A DNA stretch of 64,000 nucleotides from Eledone cirrhosa (Eukaryota), in assembly GCA_964016885.1 (NCBI GenBank), contig OZ024758.1:15066001-15130000 (forward strand), read 5' to 3'. Below the pieces are notes generated by a model that had not been told where the DNA came from, made no database searches, and was given only the letters and a program-made list of their open reading frames with translations. Below are positions 52,606-64,000 of the stretch, piece by piece; positions within the stretch are counted from its first letter, which is position 1, and every line of letters starts with the position of its first letter. The translations under genes were made by a program, and so were the position numbers.

Positions 52606-54391
52606 GAATATGTATATATATATATATATTATATATATATAGTATTTGTGTATGTGTTATATATATATAGTGTGTATGTATATATATATATAGTGTGTAT
52701 ATATATATATATATAGTGTGTATATATATATAGTGTGTATATATATATATAGTATGTATATATATATATAGTATGTATATATATATATAGTATGTATATA
52801 TATATATAGTATGTATATATATATATAGTATGTATATATATATATAGTATGTATATATTATATATAGTATGTATATATATATATAGTATGTATATATATA
52901 TATAGTATGTATATATATATATAGTATGTGTATATTTATATATAGTATGTATATATATATATAGTATGTATATATATATATATAGTATGTATATATATAT
53001 ATATAGTATGTATATATATATATAGTATGTATATATATATAGTATGTATATATATATATATAGTATGTATATATATATATATAGTATGTATATATATATA
53101 TATAGTATGTATATATATATATAGTATGTATATATATATATAGTATGTATATATATATATAGTATGTATATATATATATAGTATGTATTATATATATATA
53201 GTATGTATATATATATATTGTATATATATATATTGTATATATAATATATAGTATGTATATATATATAGTATGTATATATATATATAGTATGTATATATAT
53301 ATATAGTATGTATATATATATATAGTATGTATATATATATATAGTATGTATATATATATATAGTATGTATATATATATATAGTATGTATATATATATAGT
53401 ATGTATATATATATATAGTATGTATATATATATAGTATGTATATATATATAGTATGTATATATATATAGTATGTATATATATAGTATGTATATATAGTAT
53501 GTAGTATTTATATATAGTATGTAGTATGTATATATAGTATGTAGTATGTATATATAGTATGTAGTATGTATATATAGTATGTAGTATGTATATATATATA
53601 TATAGTATGTATATATATATATAGTATGTATATATATATATAGTATGTATATATATATAGTAATATATATATATATAGTATGTATATATATATATATAGT
53701 ATGTATATATATATTATATATAGTATGTATATATATATATATAGTATGTATATATATTATATATAGTATGTATATATATATATATAGTATGTATATATAT
53801 ATATATAGTATGTATATATATATATAGTATGTATATATATATATATAGTATATATATATATATATATAGTATATATATATATATATAGTATTATATATAT
53901 ATATATAGTATATATATATATATATAGTATATATATATATATATAGTATATATATATATAGTATATATATATATATATATAGTATATATATATATATATA
54001 GTATATATATATATATATATAGTATATATATATATATATATAGTATATATATATATATATAGTATATATATATATATATATAGTATATATATATATATAT
54101 AGTATATATATATATATATAGTATATATATATATAATATATAGTATATATATATATATATAGTATATATATATATATATAGTATATATATATATATAGTA
54201 TATATATATATATATAGTATATATATATATATAGTATATATATATATATATAGTATATATATATATATATAGTATATATATATATATATAGTATATATAT
54301 ATATATATAGTATATATATATATATATATAGTATATATATATATATATAGTATATATATATATATATATAGTATATATATATATATATATA

Positions 54392-54429
<38 letters not shown>

Positions 54430-54854
54430 TATATATATATATATAGTATATATATATATATATAGTATATATATATATATATAGTATATATATATATATA
54501 TAGTATATATATATATATATATTGTGTGTGTGTATATATATATATATAGTATTTGTGTGTGTATATATATATATATAGTATTTGTGTGTGTATATATATA
54601 TATATAGTATTTGTGTGTGTATATATATATATATAGTATTTGTGTGTATATATATATATATAGTATTTGTGTGTATATATATATATATAGTATTTGTGTG
54701 TATATATATATATAGTATTTGTGTGTATATATATATATATAGTATTTGTGTGTATATATATATATATAGTATTTGTGTGTATATATATATATATAGTATT
54801 TGTGTGTATATATATATATATAGTATTTGTGTGTGTGTATATATATATAGTATT

Positions 54855-54886
<32 letters not shown>

Positions 54887-54896
54887 GTATTTGTAT

Positions 54897-55200
54897 TCAT
54901 CATTTCATTTTACGTCTGCTTTCCCTGCTAGCAAGGGTGGGACGGGTTGTCCTGATTCTGGCTTGATTTCTACAGCTGGATGCCCTTCCTAACACCAACC
55001 TCATTTACAGTGAGTGCTGAGTGCTTTTTTGCAGTGGAATGATAGGGACCCCAGTCCCTATCATCTCATTTCTACAGCTGAGTAAACTGGAGCAATGTGA
55101 AATAAAGTGTCTTGCTCAAGGAAACGCATCACCCGGTCTGAGAATTGAACTCACAACCTTTCGATTGCAAGCCCAATGCTCTAACCACTAAGCCATGTGC
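54897..55200 (-). mobile_element. SINE family A inside the satellite
   Basis: Reverse complement of the family at 818-1153, with a small internal deletion. Confidence 0.9.
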
Positions 55201-58200
55201 ATCATATCTATATGTATATATATATAGTGTATGTATATATATATATATATATATATAGTGTATGTATATATATATAGTGTATGTATATATATATAGTGTA
55301 TGTATATATATATATATAGTGTATGTATGTATGTATATATAGTGTATGTATGTATATGTATATAGTGTATGTATGTATGTATATGTATATAGTGTATGTA
55401 TGTATATGTATATATAGTGTATGTATGTATATATAGTGTATGTATGTATGTATATATAGTGTATGTATGTATGTATATATAGTGTAGGTATGTATGTATA
55501 TATAGTGTATGTATGTATGTATATATAGTGTATGTATGTATATATAGTGTATGTATTTATGTATGTATAGTGTATGTATGTATGTATGTATAGTGTATGT
55601 ATGTATGTATGTATAGTGTATGTATGTATGTATGTATAGTGTATGTATGTATGTATAGTGTATGTATGTATGTATGTATAGTGTATGTATGTATGTATGT
55701 ATGTATGTGTAGTGTATGTATGTGTAGTGTATGTATGTGTAGTGTATGTGTAGTGTAGTGTAGTGTATGTATGTATGTGTATGTGTAGTGTAGTGTGTGT
55801 GTATGTGTAGTGTAGTGTAGTGTAGTGTAGTGTAGTGTATGTGTATGTGTAGTGTAGTGTAGTGTAGTGTAGTGTAGTGTAGTGTATGTGTAGTGTATGT
55901 GTAGTGTAGTGTAGTATGTGTAGTGTAGTGTAGTGTAGTGTAGTGTAGTGTAGTGTAGTGTATATATAGTGTATGTGTGTGTGTGTGTATATATAGTGTA
56001 TGTGTGTGTGTGTATGTGTGTGTGTGTATATATAGTGTGTGTATGTATGTATATATAGTGTGTGTATGTATGTATGTATGTATAGTGTGTATGTATGTAT
56101 ATATAGTGTGTGTATGTATGTATAGTGTGTGTGTGTGTATGTATGTATATATATATATAGTGTGTATGTATGTATGTATGTATATATATATATATAGTGT
56201 GTATGTATGTATATATATATAGTGTGTATGTATGTATATATATATAGTGTGTATGTATGTATGTATAGTGTGTATGTATGTATATATATATATATAGTGT
56301 GTATGTATGTATATATATATAGTGTGTATGTATGTATATATATATATAGTGTGTATGTATGTATATATATATATATAGTATGTATGTATATATATATATA
56401 TAGTGTGTATGTATGTATATATATATATATAGTGTGTATGTATGTATATATATATATATAGTGTGTATGTATGTATATATATATATATAGTGTGTATGTA
56501 TGTATATATATATATATAGTGTGTATGTATGTATATATATATATATAGTGTGTATGTATGTATATATATATATATAGTGTGTATGTATGTATATATATAT
56601 ATATAGTGTGTATGTATGTATATATATATATATATAGTGTGTATGTATGTATATATATATATATATAGTGTGTATGTATGTATATATATATATATATAGT
56701 GTGTATGTATGTATATATATATATATATAGTGTGTATGTATGTATATATATATATATATAGTGTGTATGTATGTATATATATATATATATAGTGTGTATG
56801 TATGTATATATATATATATAGTGTGTATGTATGTATATATATATATATAGTGTGTATGTATGTATATATATATATATAGTGTGTATGTATGTATATATAT
56901 ATATATAGTGTGTATGTATGTATATATATATATATAGTGTGTATGTATGTATATATATATATATAGTGTGTATGTATGTATATATATATATATAGTGTGT
57001 ATGTATGTATATATATATATATAGTGTGTATGTATATATATATATATAGTGTGTATGTATGTATATATATATATATAGTGTGTATGTATGTATATATATA
57101 TATATAGTGTGTATGTATGTATATATATATATATAGTGTGTATGTATGTATATATATATATATAGTGTGTATGTATGTATATATATATATATAGTGTGTA
57201 TGTATGTATATATATATATATAGTGTGTGTGTGTGTATATATATATATATAGTGTGTGTGTGTGTATATATATATATATAGTGTGTGTGTGTGTATGTAT
57301 GTATATATATATATATAGTGTGTGTGTGTGTATGTATGTATATATATATATATATAGTGTGTGTGTGTGTATGTATGTATATATATATATATATAGTGTG
57401 TGTGTGTGTATGTATGTATATATATATATATAGTGTGTGTGTGTGTATGTATGTATATATATATATATATAGTGTGTGTGTGTGTATGTATGTATATATA
57501 TATATATAGTGTGTGTGTGTGTATGTATGTATATATATATATATAGTGTGTGTGTGTGTATGTATGTATATATATATATATAGTGTGTGTGTGTGTATGT
57601 ATGTATATATATATAGTGTGTGTGTGTGTATGTATGTATATATATATAGTGTGTGTGTGTGTATGTATGTATATATATATAGTGTGTGTGTGTGTATGTA
57701 TGTATATATATATATATAGTGTGTGTGTGTGTATGTATGTATATATATATATATAGTGTGTGTGTGTGTATGTATGTATGTATATATATATAGTGTGTGT
57801 GTGTGTATGTATGTATATATATATATATATAGTGTGTGTGTGTGTATGTATGTATATATATATATATAGTGTGTGTGTGTGTATGTATGTATATATATAT
57901 ATATAGTGTGTGTGTGTGTATGTATGTATATATATATATATAGTGTGTGTGTGTGTATGTATGTATATATATATATATATAGTGTGTGTGTGTGTATGTA
58001 TGTATATATATATATATAGTGTGTGTGTGTGTGTATGTATGTATATATATATATATAGTGTGTGTGTGTGTATGTATGTATATATATATATATAGTGTGT
58101 GTGTGTGTATGTATGTATATATATATATATAGTGTGTGTGTGTGTATGTATGTATATATATATATATAGTGTGTGTGTGTGTATGTATGTATATATATAT

Positions 58201-59525
58201 ATATAGTGTGTGTGTGTGTATGTATGTATATATATATATATAGTGTGTGTGTGTGTATGTATATATATATATATAGTGTGTGTGTGTGTATGTATGTATA
58301 TATATATATATAGTGTGTGTGTGTGTATGTATGTATATATATATATATAGTGTGTGTGTGTGTGTGTATGTATATGTATATATATAGTGTGTGTGTGTGT
58401 ATGTATGTATATATATATATATAGTGTGTGTGTGTGTATGTATGTATATATATATATATAGTGTGTGTGTGTATGTATGATATATATATATATAGTGTGT
58501 GTGTGTGTATGTATGTATATATATATATATAGTGTGTGTGTGTGTATGTATATATATATATATAGTGTGTATGTATGTATGTATATATATATATATATAG
58601 TGTATATGTATGTATGTATATATATATATATATAGTGTGTATGTATGTATATATATATATATATATATAGTGTGTATGTATGTATATATATATATATATA
58701 GTGTATGTATGTATATATATATATATATAGTGTATGTATGTATATATATATATATATAGTGTATGTATATATATATATAGTGTATGTATGTATATATATA
58801 GTGTATGTATGTATGTATATATATAGTGTATGTATGTATATATATATATATAGTGTATGTATGTATATATATATATATATAGTGTATGTATGTATATATA
58901 TATATAGTGTATGTATGTATATATATATATAGTGTATGTATGTATATATATATATAGTGTATGTATGTATATATATATATAGTGTATGTATGTATATATA
59001 TATATAGTGTATGTATGTATATATATATATAGTGTATGTATGTATATATATATATAGTGTATGTATGTATATATATATATAGTGTATGTATGTATATATA
59101 TATATAGTGTATGTATGTATATATATATATAGTGTATGTATGTATATATATATATAGTGTATGTATGTATATATATATATAGTGTATGTATGTATATATA
59201 TATATAGTGTATGTATGTATATATATATATAGTGTATGTATGTATATATATATATAGTGTATGTATGTATATATATATATAGTGTATGTATGTATATATA
59301 TATATAGTGTATGTATGTATGTATGTATATATATGTATATATATATATAGTGTGTATGTATGTATATATATAGTGTGTATGTATGTATATATATAGTGTG
59401 TATGTATATATATATATATATATAGTGTGTATGTATATATATATATATATATAGTGTATGTATATATATGTATATAGTATTTGTATATATATATATAGTA
59501 TTTGTATATATATATATACAGGATT

Positions 59526-59585
59526 TTTCATTCTGAGGATTGAAAGCAAAACCTTTTGCTTTTAAGAAACCACTGGTAAATGGAA
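59526..59585 (+). ncRNA. Intact type I hammerhead ribozyme motif (family HB)
   Basis: 7-bp stem I TTTCATT/AATGGAA; CTGAGGA at 59533-59539; 11-bp stem II TTGAAAGCAAA/TTTGCTTTTAA; GAAA at 59566-59569; stem III CC-ACT-GG; GUA site ending at 59578. Confidence 0.85.
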
Positions 59586-59793
59586 TAATTGCCTTATGTT
59601 GTTTATTACATAATAATAATAATTAAGCTCTGTTGCTTACATAGAGCACTCTTTTTTCCTGGACTTTTCCGATGGAATTACTTCATTCACACATATATAT
59701 ATATATATTGTATATATATATATATATATATATATAGTATTTGTATATATATATATATATATATATAGTATTTGTATATATATATATAGTATT

Positions 59794-59826
<33 letters not shown>

Positions 59827-59969
59827 TTTGTATATATATATATATATATAGTATTTGTATATATATATATATATAGTATTTGTATATATATATATATATA
59901 TAGTATTTGTATATATATATATATATATATATAGTATTTGTATATATATATATATATATATATAGTATT

Positions 59970-60002
<33 letters not shown>

Positions 60003-60004
60003 TT

Positions 60005-60037
<33 letters not shown>

Positions 60038-61077
60038 TTTGTATATATATATATATATAGTATTTGTATATATATATATATATAGTATTTGTATATATAT
60101 ATATATATATATAGTATTTGTATATATATATATATATAGTATTTGTATATATATATATATATAGTATTTGTATGTATATATATATATATATAGTATTTGT
60201 ATATATATATATATATATATAGTATTTGTATATATATATATATAGTATTTGTATATATATATATATATATATAGTATTTGTATATATATATATATATATA
60301 TATAGTATTTGTATATATATATATATATATATAGTATTTGTATATATATATATATATATATAGTATTTGTATATATATATATATATATATAGTATTTGTA
60401 TATATATATATATATATAGTATTTGTATATATATATATATATATATAGTATTTGTATATATATATATATATATATAGTATTTGTATATATATATATATAT
60501 ATATAGTATTTGTATATATATATATATATATATATAGTATTTGTATATATATATATATATATATATAGTATTTGTATATATATATATATATATATAGTAT
60601 TTGTATATATATATATATATATATAGTATTTGTATATATATATATATATATAGTATTTGTATATATATATATATATATAGTATTTGTATATATATATATA
60701 TATATAGTATTTGTATATATATATATATATATAGTATTTGTATATATATATATATATATATAGTATTTGTATATATATATATATATATATAGTATTTGTA
60801 TATATATATATATATATATAGTATTTGTGTGTATATATATATATATAGTATTTGTGTGTATATATATATATATAGTATTTGTGTGTATATATATATATAT
60901 ATATAGTATTTGTGTGTATATATATATATATATATATATAGTATTTGTGTGTATATATATATATATATATATATAGTATTTGTGTGTATGTATATATATA
61001 TATAGTATTTGTGTGTATGTATATATATATAGTATTTGTGTGTATGTATATATATATATTTGCATATATATATATTT

Positions 61078-61097
<20 letters not shown>

Positions 61098-61117
<20 letters not shown>

Positions 61118-61278
61118 AGTGGGTGTAACTAGGAGTTACTGCAGGTTCACCCGGGAGAGCACTCGATGTTTAGGTTCACTTCTGTGATGATGTGTAGAGC
61201 TATAGTGTGTAAAATATAGAAAGGATAAAAAGGACGATTGATTATTCCTTCATTGCATTTATTGATAGGTGACGCGCG
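61098..61278 (-). mobile_element. Penelope-like end fragment homologous to 5021-5185
   Basis: Shared GTGTAACT.GGAGTTACTG.AGGTTCACCCGGG...ATTTATTG.TAGGTGAC. Confidence 0.7.
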
Positions 61279-61569
61279 CAATCGAAAGGTTGTGAGTTCA
61301 ATATTCAGACCAAGTGATGTGTTGTTTCCTTGAGCAAGACACTTTACAGTTTACTCAGCTGTAGAAATGAGATGATAGGGACTGGGGTCCATATCATTCC
61401 ACTGTAAAGTGATCGTGGAGGTGCCACGGCAAAAAAGCACCCAGCACTCACTGTAAATGAGGTTGGTGTTAGGAAGGGCATCCAGCTGTAGAAATCTAGC
61501 CAGAATCAGTTCCCATCCCACCCTTGCAAGCAGGGAAAATGCGGACGTAAAATGAAATGATGATGATGA
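61278..61569 (+). mobile_element. SINE family A, 5'-truncated
   Basis: Starts at GCAATCGAAAGG and ends in (TGA)n. Confidence 0.9.
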
Positions 61570-61966
61570 CACACACTCAAATATTTACATACATACAGTT
61601 TATATATACGTTCGCATATATATATATATATATATATATATAAATTTGTCTGGTACTTATCTCTACCGTGGTTTGTTTTTGTCTATGTCTATCATTAAAT
61701 TTAGACGCCTGTATAACTTGCATGTGTGTGTGTATATATAGGTATATATATATATATACCCATTGTTCATAGAACATAAAGCATACAAAGGTATTCTTAG
61801 TAAATATACGTATACACGCAATTTTTCATACAATATATATATATATCATATGTCGACTGCCAAATCAATTATACACATACACTTAATGTTTGAAAGAAAA
61901 AGTATATATACACATGTATTTGTATTCTTAGTGCAGTGGCGAGAAAGAAAATAATACATATATATC

Positions 61967-61998
<32 letters not shown>

Positions 61999-62699
61999 TA
62001 TATGTGTGTATGTATATATATATATATATATGTATATATATGTATGTATGTATGTGTATATATATATGTATTTATGTACATGCAAGTATATATGTATACA
62101 CATATATATATATATACATACATACATACATACACATATATATATATATATACATACATACACATATATATATATACATACACATATATATACATACACA
62201 TATATATACATACACACATATATATAAATATACACACACATATAAACGTACTCGTATATACATACGCATATATACATACGCATATATACACATATATACG
62301 CAACACATATATATATATATATATATATTCCCCATAACCTTGTCAATATATATATGTATATTATATAAATATATGAATTTCATTCATTTTCTATGTATGT
62401 ATATATATATATGTATTTATGTACATGCATGTATATGCAAGTATATATATGTATACACATATATATACATACACATATATATATATATATACAAACACAC
62501 ACACATATACATACACATATATATACATACACATATACATATACACACATATATAAACGTACTCATATATACATACGCGTATATACATACACATATATAC
62601 GCACACATATATACATATGTATATAAGTAGTAGTATTTAATTTGTACATATGTATATATATGTGTATATCTATCTATAAGGAGCAACAGCTTGATCTAT

Positions 62700-64000
62700 T
62701 CAATTGCTTTATTGATCTCAGGAAATCCTTTGACACAGGCGGAGGCCAGCTCCTTTGAGTATAGAAGCTGGGTTGTCCTGGGAAGCTTACAGTGCTTATA
62801 CATCTATTGTATGAGGCCATAAGGGGGTATGGGTTTGCATCAATAGTGAGCTCCTAGAACCCTTCACAGTTGAGACATGTGGAACAGGGTGACCTGTTTA
62901 CTCCAATTTTTGTTTGCCTTCTTTGCAGTTGTTTTGTTAAAAGCCTTCACCAACACCGATGTTGGCCTATATATGTGTGTTATGGAACAAGAAACCTCTT
63001 TAAAATCTGATTCCTTATTGCATGGAAAGCACTGGTATATGAACTTTATGCAGATGACTATGATCTTGTTAGCCACATGTAAGAAGACCTTCAGCTTCTA
63101 ATGGATTGCTTCTCGACAGTGTGTGGTGAGCTTGGGTTGACAATCAGCCTGAAAATAAATGATGTTCCAGCATACACCCAGAAAACCTTATATTCAACCA
63201 TCCATACCTCTCAAAGGTGCATGGCTGAGCGGTTAGAGAATTGGATTTGCAATCATGAGGTTGTGAGTTCAATTCCTGAACCAGGCAATGCATTATGTCC
63301 TTGAGCAAGACATTTTATTTCAGGTTGCTCCTTCTGCTTGGATTTGTGACTGATAGATAGTATTAGCAATTGGAAAGACCAATGGAAACGCTGTTTCCTC
63401 GGTCCAATATAACAAGCTCCATCCCACTTAAGCAAATGGGGTCTGGGATTTTGTCAATCGACTGATATCTATCAAAGCGAAAATATTAAAAGTTGTGGCC
63501 AAGTTTGGCTACCTTGGTAGTAGTACTTTCTCCAGAGCCAGCATCCCTAATGAAGAGGTAGACTACTGGCTGTCTAAAGGTTCCGCTGTTTTTGGTAAGC
63601 TAGAGAAGTGCCTGTGATCAGTCAAATATCAATGTGCATATGAAAGTTCCTCTTATCGTGTCCACAAGAGTGTCAGTTACAAAGCTTGGCTAGATGTGGT
63701 TCTGCCATAGCTGAACACATTGCTGTCCTTTCTCATTAAACTCTGCTGTCCAATGCTGTGAAGGGGGCATATCAGGAGGTGCTGTGTAGTCTGTGGTTCG
63801 ATGCTGCAGTCACACACACTGCCCCCATTTTGCAAGAGTGACTTTTGCACGTTCAACACCAGACTTTAATCTGTTTAGGCATTTCCACACTGCATAGTTG
63901 AAGTGTATCGAGCATGTGTGTTTACAACCTTGCTTTATGGATGTGTGACATGGACAACTTATTGTGACCATATCCACCAACAATGCTTGCACTCTGGCTT
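62700..64000 (+). pseudogene. Degenerate RTE-clade LINE reverse transcriptase, interrupted by a SINE (about 63217-63390) and another LINE fragment
   Basis: Frameshifted motifs AFIDLRKSFDT, KLGCP, LYADD, LQLLMDCFSTVCGELGLTISLK, FGYLGS, KVYRACVFTTLLYGCVTW. Confidence 0.88.
63641..63890 (-). mobile_element. Ingi/Vingi-like LINE 3' fragment
   Basis: WKCLNRLKSGVERAKVTLAKWG..C.C..EPQTTQHLLICP C-terminal zinc-knuckle motif; TGCATA on both sides. Confidence 0.7.

Larger units (their letters stand above)
45460..61095. repeat. About 15.6-kb compound TA-based satellite (AGTATTTG(TA)n, AGTATG(TA)n, AG(TA)n, AGTG(TG)n(TATG)n(TA)n, (GTAGT)n)
   Basis: Seen directly; interrupted at 54897-55200 and 59519-59695. 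Confidence 0.97.

Noticed and set aside
53188-61065. Very long ORFs (571, 1330 and 460 aa) and all YI/HT/CV-rich ORFs
   Set aside because: These are translations of TA/CA/TATG microsatellites that lack stop codons on one strand

Overview
This is eukaryotic, AT-rich DNA saturated with repeats. The SINE families and microsatellite load suggest an Octopus/coleoid cephalopod genome (inference). Almost all ORFs in the supplied track are translations of microsatellites or tandem repeats. The only host coding feature I can support is a 51-nt first coding exon of a ZMYND19 orthologue (45164-45214, MSSFKLGIIRLGRAAGK followed by the donor GTATGT), which the ORF track missed. Everything downstream appears to be its intron 1, largely filled by a ~15.6 kb TA-based compound satellite. 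The rest of the window comprises tRNA-headed SINEs, LINE fragments (RTE, CRE-like, R4/Dong-like, Ingi/Vingi-like), Tc1/mariner, piggyBac-like and hAT MITEs, and several TE-derived tandem repeats. The most notable hidden structure is a set of at least seven foldable type-I minimal hammerhead ribozyme motifs (CUGANGA...GAAA...UH) from several unrelated sequence families. Each sits in a short (TA)n-flanked, ORF-less element resembling a Penelope-like pLTR or retrozyme. There are also near-perfect palindromes built from duplicated half-ribozymes, and one intact motif lies sense within the putative ZMYND19 intron. All folds were read by eye and none were computed or tested.
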